Virus record (IMG/VR): IMGVR_UViG_3300030106_003405
Span: 1 to 40,939 of that record
Length of the DNA stretch: 40,939 nt
Source: a virus
Lineage: Duplodnaviria > Caudoviricetes
Direction: 5' to 3' (one strand)
A program made the translations under genes and the position numbers. A model generated the notes under the pieces. It worked only from the letters and a program-made list of their open reading frames with translations, was not told the DNA's origin and did not search any database. Below are positions 27,808 through 36,736 of this stretch, piece after piece (position 1 is the first letter of the stretch; the number at the start of each line of letters is the position of its first letter).

Positions 27808-28374
27808 TTATACTCCAGCTTGACGTGTACCGTATAAGTGTAAGTTGATAACAACTTCCACATCAGCATCAGCGCCTACTGCGTTGTTTGGTTCATCTAT
27901 CAATCTTAATATTCTTAAAACTTTTGCTGTAGTAGCTAGTGTGCTAATATCAAGCTCGTCTTTCGAATATCCGAATGTAGAGTCATATGTTCCGATAGTT
28001 ACATTAGCTAACTCACCTACGTTAGCTGCTGCAAATGTACCGTTACATTGAACTTTATATGTTATGTTTGGATCGTCATAGACTAAAGCTTTTACATCAG
28101 ATCCTGCTTTTACAGTAGTACCTGAATTCCAAACTTTAGAAAATTTAACGTCCCCGGTGCTGTTCTCAATGTATTCAACTCCGTAGAATACACCTAAAGC
28201 CACTCCTCCTGCTGTACCTCTAATTATAGTACCATCAGTTGTCATAGTTACTAAATCACCTGATGCCAAATTAGCAGCGTAAGAGTTTGCAATAGGATAT
28301 TCTTGAGGTCTGATAACGCCACCGGTTAAGTGTCTCAAAGGTATAAAACCTTGAGGTGCGTCAACGTTTGCCAT
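27808..28374 (-). CDS. Conserved capsid-associated protein
   Basis: MANVDAPQGFIP...GVFYGVEY...VYDDPN; immediately upstream of the major capsid gene. Confidence 0.72.
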   Translation of the reverse strand: MANVDAPQGFIPLRHLTGGVIRPQEYPIANSYAANLASGDLVTMTTDGTIIRGTAGGVALGVFYGVEYIENSTGDVKFSKVWNSGTTVKAGSDVKALVYDDPNITYKVQCNGTFAAANVGELANVTIGTYDSTFGYSKDELDISTLATTAKVLRILRLIDEPNNAVGADADVEVVINLHLYGTRQAGV

Positions 28375-28396
28375 ATTATAGTCTCCTATTTATTTG

Positions 28397-28867
28397 TTAC
28401 TCTTTAAAGCCTCCTCTAGTAACATCAGTTTTGAAAGACTTTTGAATAGGATTACCCGGCTGTTCTACTTTGTGGATATCTTGTTCGACTGATCTCATTA
28501 AGTTTTCAGTCATTCGTGCGTAATATAAATTACGTTCATTTACCATTTCTTCTGGCATTTCACAGAGTAGCATACCTTCTATACCTATATAACCAGCAAA
28601 CTTGCCATGTTCTATCGTTGGATAATGACCAGCATTCTTGACCGTTTTAGGGTCACGAGGTTGCCAACCTTCTCTCAATCGTTTAGCCACGTTTGTTGGT
28701 GTTTCCTGACCTAAAACCATAGTTGCAATCCATCTCTGTTTGTAACCTGCTCTAGGTTCAGGTGCCTCCAATAAATTACTAGGGCGCCATTGTGAAACTC
28801 TAGTTGATTCTTCAACTCTAGTTTCGTTTTTTATTTTATTACTCATGTCGTGCTCCTTTACCTTCAC
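28397..28867 (-). CDS. Conserved hypothetical head-module protein
   Basis: WRPSNLLEAP...GYKQRWI...RLREGW...IGIEGMLLCEMPEE. The true start is probably MSNK (about 28846), behind AAGGAG. Confidence 0.72.
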   Translation of the reverse strand: MKVKEHDMSNKIKNETRVEESTRVSQWRPSNLLEAPEPRAGYKQRWIATMVLGQETPTNVAKRLREGWQPRDPKTVKNAGHYPTIEHGKFAGYIGIEGMLLCEMPEEMVNERNLYYARMTENLMRSVEQDIHKVEQPGNPIQKSFKTDVTRGGFKE

Positions 28868-29808
28868 GTATTGTTGCTAAAAGTTTTTACTTCTTTTGCA
28901 AATCGCTTTAGTGCCGCTTCATCGTTAATATCAATACCAAAAGTTTTAGCGGTATTAATATCATCAGAGGTTAGCTTTACTCTATTACTATCATTTCCCT
29001 TCTTACGAGAAACGCCAGCAACAGGAGATTGCACTCTGTTGTTTTTTTGTACTACATTTTTATCTGTTTGAACAGCTTCTTCTGAAGATTTATCAAAATA
29101 CTTTAATCCAGAGGTTTTTAATCGTTTATCCATTTCGATATAATAGTCTGGATCATTAACATCCCAACCTTCTTCAGTTAATTCTGCATCAATACCATAA
29201 GCCATAGCAGTTTCTTTTCTAAAACCTGGTTTATTAAACCATTCTCTGTTTTCTTTAACCCAATCTGCTGCTAAAGGCGGAGTTGATTTTTCTTTTTTTT
29301 CAGTTTTAGGTACTTCTGCACTAAGTTCATCAGCTTTAGACATTTGACCTCTAATATCAGCCATTTTTTCATAAAGTTCTACTTGTTTATCAGTATTACC
29401 TTCTTCGATAGCTGATTTTAGTTCTGAAGATACAGTTGTATAGTTGTTTTTTAAGCTCTTACTTGCAATTTCAAAAGTTTTTTTCTCTAATTGTGCAAGT
29501 CTTTGCTCTAAATCAACAGCTTTCTGTTCTGCTTCTGCTCTTTTTGCCACTTCTTTTGCAATTCTTTTACGAACCTTTTCAGAATATGGCATTTCTTCTG
29601 AATACGGAGGTACTTTTTTCTGTTCTTCTAATTTTACTTCTCTCTCATTTTCAAAAGTTTTATCATTTTCTTTCTCTTTTTCTTCATTTTCAGCTTTTTC
29701 AACCAAAGCATCAATAGGGTTCGCAGGAACCTCTATTTCTTTTTCAGATGGTTGTTCATCAAGCTTAATTTCTATGTCTTTCTCGTTATTATTTTCTTCG
29801 TTTTGCAT
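28864..29808 (-). CDS. Putative scaffolding protein
   Basis: Acidic N-terminus, coiled coil, W..N.WF and YY.E.DKRL motifs; lies between portal and capsid genes. Confidence 0.68.
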   Translation of the reverse strand: MQNEENNNEKDIEIKLDEQPSEKEIEVPANPIDALVEKAENEEKEKENDKTFENEREVKLEEQKKVPPYSEEMPYSEKVRKRIAKEVAKRAEAEQKAVDLEQRLAQLEKKTFEIASKSLKNNYTTVSSELKSAIEEGNTDKQVELYEKMADIRGQMSKADELSAEVPKTEKKEKSTPPLAADWVKENREWFNKPGFRKETAMAYGIDAELTEEGWDVNDPDYYIEMDKRLKTSGLKYFDKSSEEAVQTDKNVVQKNNRVQSPVAGVSRKKGNDSNRVKLTSDDINTAKTFGIDINDEAALKRFAKEVKTFSNNT

Positions 29809-29846
29809 AGTTACTCCTATGTTGTCATTAGATAATCTAATGTTTA

Positions 29847-30215
29847 TTATACTTGTTGAGATACCACTTCTGGATTTTCTAGAGTAGCAAGTACCTCATC
29901 ATCATTTATTAACACCATTTTGACTTTTTGTACAGAGATTTTGGCTCCAGCGTATCTACCAAATACTACCCAATCTCCGACTTTACACCAAGGTTCTTTT
30001 CTGTCACTGTAACATTCTGGTCCTACAGCAATTACTTTACCAACAGAATTTAAATATGTTTGTTGTTCTTTATTTGTATCTGTTAAATAAATTCCACCTT
30101 TAGTTTTTTCCATTACACCTTTAGGTCTTATCAAAATTCTATAACCTACTGGTTGTGGTACTTTATCGGGTGTAGGTATACTTTCATCTGTTGCCCACAC
30201 ATCTTTACTGATCAT
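29847..30215 (-). CDS. groES: Co-chaperonin GroES (phage-encoded)
   Basis: PVGYRILI...KTKGGIYL...GKVIAVGP...KVGDWVVFGRYAG...INDDEVLA. Confidence 0.9.
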   Translation of the reverse strand: MISKDVWATDESIPTPDKVPQPVGYRILIRPKGVMEKTKGGIYLTDTNKEQQTYLNSVGKVIAVGPECYSDRKEPWCKVGDWVVFGRYAGAKISVQKVKMVLINDDEVLATLENPEVVSQQV

Positions 30216-30399
30216 CTAAATCTCCTTCCTTATATTTTTCAACTGTTTCATTTATTATCTCTAAACTTTTATCAAGACCTTGTGCAATACCTTGCACTCT
30301 ATCAAAATTTTCTTTTACTCCTTTTGATAAAAGGTTAGAACCTAAATCTGTTTTATGTTGATTAATTTTCTTTTTTATTGCTATTATTAATCTTTCCAC
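30205..30399 (-). CDS. Small hypothetical protein
   Basis: 64 aa, helical, coupled to groES. Confidence 0.6.
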   Translation of the reverse strand: MERLIIAIKKKINQHKTDLGSNLLSKGVKENFDRVQGIAQGLDKSLEIINETVEKYKEGDLDDQ

Positions 30400-30556
30400 T
30401 TATTCCCTCCACAATTGTATTTAATAATTTATCGAAAGGCACATTTGCTTTATTAGCAACTTGTGCAAACACTCTTGGTTTGATTGTTTTGATTGAAAGT
30501 TTTTTATTTTCTAAAAATTTCTTAGCTTTTCTAATTTCCTCAGGTTTTATTGCCAT
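30362..30556 (-). CDS. Small basic hypothetical protein
   Basis: 64 aa; start overlaps the portal stop. Confidence 0.55.
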   Translation of the reverse strand: MAIKPEEIRKAKKFLENKKLSIKTIKPRVFAQVANKANVPFDKLLNTIVEGISGKINNSNKKEN

Positions 30557-32865
30557 TAACTATCACGTTTCGCAACTCTAGAAGCTGTTTCAACTATCTT
30601 AGCTTTTGTTTCAGCATCTTTTCTTTGTTGTGTTCTCTCCTTATCTTTTACACCTTCTGCAAATCTAGCTTTTCTTATATTAAGCTCTTCTGCTTTCAAT
30701 TGTAAATTAGCTTGTTTCTCCATCATTTCAGCTTGTTCTTTTTGTTGCTCTGGTGATGGTGGCATACTACCCATTAAATTTTGTGCTGCTTGCGCTGCTG
30801 CAACAGCAATTCTATTTTCTTGTTCTATTGAAATATCATTTGTATCTTCATCTCTTAATTCTTTGTTTATTTCTCCAGTAGATGTTGGAACACCTTGTGG
30901 AGATTGAGATTGCATTTGTTGTTGATATAAATATGCCATATGTTGACCTAAGTGTGCCATCATTAATGGATATAAAACTTCTCTAGCTTGAGGATTGCCA
31001 CCAAATCTAGGATCCATCATAAATTGTTGGTGCACTGCAATATGTGCAGCATGATCTTGATCTTCAAATACTTTAATTGGTTTACCATTTAACAAAGCCA
31101 TGTTTTCAGAAACTGGATCACGTCTTGGTGTTTCTTCATCTTGAATCATTAAGTCATTATAATCTGGTATATTTAAAGATTGTAAAAATCTTCTGTAAGC
31201 TTCTTTAGTATCAATAATACTTGGTGCTTGTTGTGCTAGTTGTAAACCTGTTTGTGCTAATGCAATTCTTTGCGCTTGAGAAAAAATATTAGGATCACTT
31301 ACTGGTACGACATCTACTGCAAAATCAAAATCTTTTCTTCTAATTGTTTTTCTTTCTCCGATTACATCATAAGGATATTCATCATCTAAATACTCTCCAT
31401 TTAATTCATATATAAGTTTGAATTCTCTACCTTGTGCTTGATGCAATCTTTTATGTATTGCACTAAATACTTTACTTCCTTGTTCAATTAAAGCAATTGT
31501 AGTTCCGACTGGTCCAGAACCAGCAGATTGACCTACCATAGCATCAGCAATACTTGCAAATCTTCTACCTGATTCTGTTAATACTCCTAGCAATTGCAAT
31601 AGCGTAGGCGATGGCTCTTTAAATGGAAGAGGGATAAATGACTTTCGAAGATCATCGCCATACGCTTCTACATCAACCCATTCTCCAGGAGAGACAGTAA
31701 TATCACCGCCTTCTATTCGGGCACCTTTTGCTTTAAATCCTCCATTTAGATTTGCAAAAGCTGCTGAGTCAAGTAAAGCTCTTAATGCACCAGTACTTGC
31801 ATGTTGTAAACCACCGATCATCTGTATAAGACCGAATCCATAAAAGCCAAGGCCTGGTAAATATTTGTAATGTATAAAATAAGTTCTTTTTCTTTTTAAG
31901 GGATCATCTTCTTTCCAATTTCTTCTAATTGATAAAGTTTGTCCACTTGTATAATCTACTGTAACAATATAAGGTAAAGCTAATCCTGAATCATCTTCTC
32001 CTAAATCTATATCGGCATGTATTTCTAGAACAGTATGTATTTTATCTGCCATAGACGCTGACATACCTTCTAATTTTTGCATAGTTTGTTCAACTACATC
32101 GTTAGTGGTTTGAGCACCTTGATTTTGTGTAATTGTTACATCTTTATAAAAACCTTCAACTTGTTTTCTTTTAATTTCGTTTGTTGTTAATTTCATAACT
32201 TGAGTATATCTTTCTGCTGTTTCTAAATCTGTATTTTCATAAGATATAACAAATTGATCTGCTGGTACAAATTTTGAACAAATTCTATCTAAAGAATTAT
32301 CAAAGTATATTTTTTTAAAAGCAGATCCTGCAAGAGCTAAATAAAATAACATTTGATCTAGTTCATTAAAGTAATCAGTGATTTGATTAGTAACTTGATA
32401 ATTCATAAAATCTTGAACACGTTGAGCTTGTTCTATTTTTTGATCTGTTTGTTTTCCAATAATTTGTGTTTTTACAGGACCACCTGCTGGAAACATTTCT
32501 GATATTGCTCTAGCTTGAAACTGAGTTGCTGCCTCTGACATCAAAGGATGATGAACACCAGAAGCTCCCGGGAAAGGATCTTGTCTATCTTCTACAACTA
32601 CTCCTAACATTTTAAGACCTTTTGAATATTGGTCTTCCCAATCTTTTCTAGAAGCTTTATCGTCTTCAAAAGATTTAATAAGACTTTTACCAATATTCAA
32701 AACTTCTTGATCTGGTAATTCTTCTGCTAAATTAGAATAATGATTTGATTCAAAAGCTTCTTCTTCTTTTTCTGTTAAATCTGAATCTACATCTACTTTT
32801 ACTTTTTGACCTTTGTCATCAGTAAATTCTAATTTTTTTTTATCCAGTTCTACTTCTAATGCCAT
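30556..32865 (-). CDS. Portal protein
   Basis: 769 aa; SRKDWE...PFPGASGVHHP...QFQARA...GSAFKKIY...GLGFYGFGLI...PVGTTIAL; Q-rich C-terminal barrel; lies between terminase and scaffold. Confidence 0.85.
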   Translation of the reverse strand: MALEVELDKKKLEFTDDKGQKVKVDVDSDLTEKEEEAFESNHYSNLAEELPDQEVLNIGKSLIKSFEDDKASRKDWEDQYSKGLKMLGVVVEDRQDPFPGASGVHHPLMSEAATQFQARAISEMFPAGGPVKTQIIGKQTDQKIEQAQRVQDFMNYQVTNQITDYFNELDQMLFYLALAGSAFKKIYFDNSLDRICSKFVPADQFVISYENTDLETAERYTQVMKLTTNEIKRKQVEGFYKDVTITQNQGAQTTNDVVEQTMQKLEGMSASMADKIHTVLEIHADIDLGEDDSGLALPYIVTVDYTSGQTLSIRRNWKEDDPLKRKRTYFIHYKYLPGLGFYGFGLIQMIGGLQHASTGALRALLDSAAFANLNGGFKAKGARIEGGDITVSPGEWVDVEAYGDDLRKSFIPLPFKEPSPTLLQLLGVLTESGRRFASIADAMVGQSAGSGPVGTTIALIEQGSKVFSAIHKRLHQAQGREFKLIYELNGEYLDDEYPYDVIGERKTIRRKDFDFAVDVVPVSDPNIFSQAQRIALAQTGLQLAQQAPSIIDTKEAYRRFLQSLNIPDYNDLMIQDEETPRRDPVSENMALLNGKPIKVFEDQDHAAHIAVHQQFMMDPRFGGNPQAREVLYPLMMAHLGQHMAYLYQQQMQSQSPQGVPTSTGEINKELRDEDTNDISIEQENRIAVAAAQAAQNLMGSMPPSPEQQKEQAEMMEKQANLQLKAEELNIRKARFAEGVKDKERTQQRKDAETKAKIVETASRVAKRDS

Positions 32866-33149
32866 TATCTTTTCCTAGTCTTCGCTTTTTTTCTACCGTC
32901 TGGTCTTCTGTTTTTATCTCGTCTACCTTTTAAAATATCTTTATCTACTTTTGCAGCTTTTCCTCCAGTCAATGCTGAATTAACTCTAGCCATAGCCCAT
33001 GCTTGTGGACTTACACCTTTTCTATGACCACTTGTTCTATATGCAGCTAATCCTCTATTGTAAATAGCTCTTATCTTAGAAGCCGATACACCAGTTTTTT
33101 TTGCTTTATTTTTAATTGCTGTTGCAGTACTTGATTTCTTTTTAGCCAT
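32865..33149 (-). CDS. Small basic protein (DUF5824-like C-terminal half)
   Basis: IYNRGLAAYRTSGHRKGVSPQAWAMARVNS motif; family name from recall. Confidence 0.65.
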   Translation of the reverse strand: MAKKKSSTATAIKNKAKKTGVSASKIRAIYNRGLAAYRTSGHRKGVSPQAWAMARVNSALTGGKAAKVDKDILKGRRDKNRRPDGRKKAKTRKR

Positions 33150-33390
33150 ACATTCTCCTAAATCTTTTATTATGAATACTTTCTTTTTTAGACCCTACAA
33201 ATTTTCCACCTTTTTTATCTCCTGGTAGAACACCTGAACCCTTATTATCTTTATTCAATCTTTTAATTGCAGCTTTTCTTTTAGCTCTTAGTTTACCAGA
33301 TGTACCAGATAAATATTTTTTTGGTACTTTTTTTCCTTTTCTTTTTGTTGGTGTACTCATAGTTTTTCTAAAAGAAGGTCTTGCAATCAT
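33142..33390 (-). CDS. Small highly basic protein
   Basis: K/R-rich; VPKKYLSG...LPGD...KESIHNKRFRRMYG. Confidence 0.65.
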   Translation of the reverse strand: MIARPSFRKTMSTPTKRKGKKVPKKYLSGTSGKLRAKRKAAIKRLNKDNKGSGVLPGDKKGGKFVGSKKESIHNKRFRRMYG

Positions 33391-33488
33391 TTATTTACTC
33401 TTTTTAAAATTTGATAAGCGATTGTTCCACCTATTGCGATAGCTACAATTCCAAAAAATAACATAAGTAAGCCTTGTTCTAATGTCAT
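33387..33488 (-). CDS. 33-aa single-TM peptide
   Basis: Not in the ORF track. MTLEQGLLMLFFGIVAIAIGGTIAYQILKRVNK, with ATGA overlaps at both ends. Confidence 0.6.
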   Translation of the reverse strand: MTLEQGLLMLFFGIVAIAIGGTIAYQILKRVNK

Positions 33489-33607
33489 TTTTTAAATCCT
33501 TTTCGCATGTTTTTGTAAGCTTTTTTAGTAATAGTACTTTTAGATTTTGGTCTAGAAGTACCTGCACGTCTTCTTGCGTTTATGTTTGCGTATAATCCTT
33601 TTCTCAT
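33485..33607 (-). CDS. 40-aa basic peptide
   Basis: Not in the ORF track. MRKGLYANINARRRAGTSRPKSKSTITKKAYKNMRKGFKK, with AGGAGG upstream. Confidence 0.65.
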   Translation of the reverse strand: MRKGLYANINARRRAGTSRPKSKSTITKKAYKNMRKGFKK

Positions 33608-33672
33608 AAGTTCATAATACCTCCTGGTTCATACCATATAATCCTACTAGAGATATAAAACAAAAATAGTAA

Positions 33673-33882
33673 TTATTCTAGTATTAATTTCTTAATTGAT
33701 TTCTCACCCATGTATATCTCTGTTTCTGCCATAGATTTTATACATTTATATTGAACATTAGGTGTATATTGTCTTTCGGCATGTCTTTTACCACGCAAAC
33801 ATGCGGCCATATTTTCTTGTATTCTATGTTCTTTTATTTCTGCTCCAATAAACATAATAAGAGCTACAACACTTTCAATCAT
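33673..33882 (-). CDS. Small hypothetical protein
   Basis: 69 aa; ALIMF...IKEH...CLRGKR.AER...YKC. Confidence 0.65.
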   Translation of the reverse strand: MIESVVALIMFIGAEIKEHRIQENMAACLRGKRHAERQYTPNVQYKCIKSMAETEIYMGEKSIKKLILE

Positions 33883-34295
33883 TGAGAGTAACTCCCATTC
33901 TTGTAACCAATCTCTCGATTAGCATCTTTTAATTTTTCAATATCTTCTAGAACCTTATCCATTTGTTTTCTTAAAAATTCTATATTAACTTTATTTAGAG
34001 CCATTGATTCGATATGTGTATTCAACTTATCAGTAGTTTTATATAAATCTTCGATCATCATAAATTGTTCACTATCAGCTGGTAGTGAACCCATTTGACC
34101 TCTAGGCCATTTTATTCTAAACTCTGTATTATGTTCTAAATCTTTTACCATTAATTCTATCTGTGTACTGTGTCTATTAAGTTGTTCTACAATACCAAAA
34201 TAACTCCACACGCCTACTGCCACTACAACAATCAGTGACACTACGGTCTTCATAGGCATTTGTACCTTAGCTTCGTCTGATATCTTTAACGCCAT
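33879..34295 (-). CDS. Hypothetical membrane-anchored coiled-coil protein
   Basis: N-terminal TM segment; NTEFRIKWPRG.MGSLPAD.EQFM motif. Confidence 0.7.
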   Translation of the reverse strand: MALKISDEAKVQMPMKTVVSLIVVVAVGVWSYFGIVEQLNRHSTQIELMVKDLEHNTEFRIKWPRGQMGSLPADSEQFMMIEDLYKTTDKLNTHIESMALNKVNIEFLRKQMDKVLEDIEKLKDANREIGYKNGSYSQ

Positions 34296-34389
34296 ATTTT
34301 TCTCTCCAATAATTTTTTCTTTCTAACAATCTAATTTTAAATTCTAATTTATCTATTCCTAATAATTTTTTTATAAATTCTTTTAACAT
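34267..34389 (-). CDS. 40-aa hypothetical peptide
   Basis: Not in the ORF track. MLKEFIKKLLGIDKLEFKIRLLERKNYWREKYGVKDIRRS fills the gap between its neighbours with overlaps. Confidence 0.5.
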   Translation of the reverse strand: MLKEFIKKLLGIDKLEFKIRLLERKNYWREKYGVKDIRRS

Positions 34390-34697
34390 TTCCATCTTCT
34401 TCTAGCTTGTCTTATTCTTGAATTAGGATTATTTCTAGTTTTTGCAGATGATCGTTTTAATTGTCCTAGTGATCTTGCGCAATATGATTTTCTTCTCTTT
34501 GCTGCTTTACTTCCAGGTTTAACTTTACCAGTAACTGCAGTTTGTAATTTAGAACCTGGATTAGCTCGTCTATATGCCATAACACCTTTACGTGTCATTC
34601 CAGCTCCTTTTTTGGTCGGTCTGAAATTACCAGATTTAACAGATGTTTTAATTGGTCTTTCCCTTCTTCTTCTAGGTCTAATTCTTGTTCTAGCCAT
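34383..34697 (-). CDS. Highly basic conserved phage protein (DUF6321-like)
   Basis: GAGMTRKGV.AYRRANPGSKL...RRKSYCARS...NSRIRQARRRWKC; family name from recall. Confidence 0.7.
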   Translation of the reverse strand: MARTRIRPRRRRERPIKTSVKSGNFRPTKKGAGMTRKGVMAYRRANPGSKLQTAVTGKVKPGSKAAKRRKSYCARSLGQLKRSSAKTRNNPNSRIRQARRRWKC

Positions 34698-35544
34698 GTA
34701 ATGCTCTCCCTCTCTCTGATGAGCTAAATGCTGATCCTCTACGACTTTGACCTTGTTTAGTTGAAGATGTATCTACTTTACCACCAGAGCCCATATAGTC
34801 ATCTTTACTGGTAGGTTGAATATTCAAGCTTTTAACATCATACACTTTAATATCTCCTTGTGTATCTTGATCTGTAATTTTTTGTATTCTATCTATTTCT
34901 TTATTCTTCATTTGTCCACCTAATATAAAAGGTGCTGCAAATGGTAAGACTGCAGCTGCTATTTTACCTTGTGCTAAAGCCGAGAACGAAGATAAGGCTC
35001 TTAATTTTTCTTGCGTCTTAGTTTGTAAGCCAAGTTTTTTTTCTACAAATTCGTTATAATATTCTGTATTTGTTTTAATAATATTATCTGCTGTTTCCAT
35101 AGCTGATTCTGTAATTTTATCCATATCCCATTCGAATACTTTTTTTCCAACCATATCTGTTTTAGGACTTATAGTTTCTGAAATTTTATCTATCTCTTTC
35201 ATCTTAGATAATTCAGGAGCTTTATTACTAGATTTAAATTCATCTACAAATTTTTGTGTATCTATCATTTTTGGAGAGTCATTATTCATATCTGATTTAG
35301 GTGTAATGACATTCATATCTGATTTAGGCGTATTGCTCTTACCTAAAATTTTTTCTAGAAAAGAAATTTTATCTTGTTTTGGTGCTTCACCTGCAATGTC
35401 TGTTCTATCAGAATAGATTTCATCTTCGATTATAGTATCGTAAGTAGATTTTTTTAACGCTGGTTGATCTGGATCGTTACCAGAAAAGATTTCGCAAATA
35501 CCATTGACAGACATTTTACCATTAGGACATATAAACTCTTTCAT
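34690..35544 (-). CDS. Hypothetical protein with internal TPKSDMN repeat
   Basis: 284 aa; N-terminal CPNG...C; short tandem duplication. Confidence 0.65.
   Translation of the reverse strand: MKEFICPNGKMSVNGICEIFSGNDPDQPALKKSTYDTIIEDEIYSDRTDIAGEAPKQDKISFLEKILGKSNTPKSDMNVITPKSDMNNDSPKMIDTQKFVDEFKSSNKAPELSKMKEIDKISETISPKTDMVGKKVFEWDMDKITESAMETADNIIKTNTEYYNEFVEKKLGLQTKTQEKLRALSSFSALAQGKIAAAVLPFAAPFILGGQMKNKEIDRIQKITDQDTQGDIKVYDVKSLNIQPTSKDDYMGSGGKVDTSSTKQGQSRRGSAFSSSERGRALHG
35284..35328. repeat. 18-bp direct repeat with 27-bp period
   Basis: ATTCATATCTGATTTAGG at 35284-35301 and 35311-35328. Confidence 0.8.
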
Positions 35545-35669
35545 CTACCTTGCCTCGCATATTTTTTAAAATCTCTTTTTTCATCTTTATTCAAACTTTT
35601 TTTATGTCTTCGAGGTCTTTTCTTTGGTTTTGGTCTTGGTACAAAATGAACAAACTTTCGTTTGGCCAT
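35541..35669 (-). CDS. 42-aa basic peptide
   Basis: Not in the ORF track. MAKRKFVHFVPRPKPKKRPRRHKKSLNKDEKRDFKKYARQGR; abuts or overlaps both neighbours. Confidence 0.65.
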   Translation of the reverse strand: MAKRKFVHFVPRPKPKKRPRRHKKSLNKDEKRDFKKYARQGR

Positions 35670-35948
35670 CTATTTATTTTTTTTATTAAGATTTATTGGA
35701 ACTACTTTGGCTCTATTTCTTTTTATAATAGATGTAACTCCTGGATAATCTTTTGCTTTACCTTTATATAAAACTCCACCTTTACCAAAATTACCTTTTA
35801 CAGTATCGTCCTCTTTTTTAGCCATCAACTCTCTGTCTTTTGATTTACCTTCTTCGTATCCGTCATCATCAAAATCTTTTGATTTTGTAACATCTTCAAA
35901 GTCAACATCTAAAATATCTTTTGTAACTGATTTAGTTGTTTTAGCCAT
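35670..35948 (-). CDS. Small hypothetical protein
   Basis: 92 aa; acidic centre and basic ends. Confidence 0.6.
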   Translation of the reverse strand: MAKTTKSVTKDILDVDFEDVTKSKDFDDDGYEEGKSKDRELMAKKEDDTVKGNFGKGGVLYKGKAKDYPGVTSIIKRNRAKVVPINLNKKNK

Positions 35949-36139
35949 TATCTTTTTTTCCTTTTACCTTTTTTAATTACACCTCTTGCAATTAAAATAT
36001 CTTTTTTAGTTACTTTACCATCTCCAGACATATCTGGAAACTTGCCTTTCTTTTTCTTTTTTTTCTTCATCATCTTACCAGTGATCTTAGAGTTTTGCAT
36101 TCTTCCAACTCCTGATCCTGCGCCTGCTGTCATTTTCAT
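35948..36139 (-). CDS. Small basic protein with EF-hand/dockerin-like loop
   Basis: AGAGSGVGR, poly-K tract, FPDMSGDGKVTKKDIL. Confidence 0.65.
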   Translation of the reverse strand: MKMTAGAGSGVGRMQNSKITGKMMKKKKKKKGKFPDMSGDGKVTKKDILIARGVIKKGKRKKR

Positions 36140-36384
36140 TATGATATCTCCACTTCTATTTTCATTGCTTTCATCATTTTTGCATGTTCAGCTTTTCTAC
36201 TATCGTCAACTTTTACAACTTCATCACCAGGATTTTGCATAGCTTTTTTTAACATAGCTGCATCTTCTACTGCTCCAGGAAATTTATCATAAAATCTTTT
36301 ATCAGCAGCTTTGACATCTTCGACACTAAAACTTTTAACGCCTAGTCTAGGTTGCTTGCCTACTCTTTTAAATGGGTTACTCAT
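36139..36384 (-). CDS. Small hypothetical protein
   Basis: 81 aa; coupled to both neighbours. Confidence 0.6.
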   Translation of the reverse strand: MSNPFKRVGKQPRLGVKSFSVEDVKAADKRFYDKFPGAVEDAAMLKKAMQNPGDEVVKVDDSRKAEHAKMMKAMKIEVEIS

Positions 36385-36736
36385 CTTTTAAGTCCTCCGG
36401 TGTACTTAATTTTTTATTCAATATACCTTGAAATACTGATTGTGTAAAGGTCGGAAGCATCATTTCGCTTATAGGATTTTTATTATGGCCTGTAGACCAC
36501 GAAATACAAGGTACTCCTTTCTCGTCCCATGCTACCAAGGCATATCCTTTAATATCTACTTTATCTGAAATCTTTATACATGCATCATGAAAAGCACCTA
36601 CTACTTGATCATCTTGGATTTTATTAGCTTCTTCAGAGGTTTTTTTACGAGGTGTTACTCTCCACTTATCAAGAGTAATAATGTTTGTCTTTGCGCAATT
36701 GCTTTCGTTTTTCATAATCATCATCTTCGGGATCAT
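36377..36736 (-). CDS. Hypothetical protein
   Basis: 119-aa ORF; IKGYALVAWD; exact start uncertain because it overlaps the terL end. Confidence 0.6.
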   Translation of the reverse strand: MIPKMMIMKNESNCAKTNIITLDKWRVTPRKKTSEEANKIQDDQVVGAFHDACIKISDKVDIKGYALVAWDEKGVPCISWSTGHNKNPISEMMLPTFTQSVFQGILNKKLSTPEDLKDE

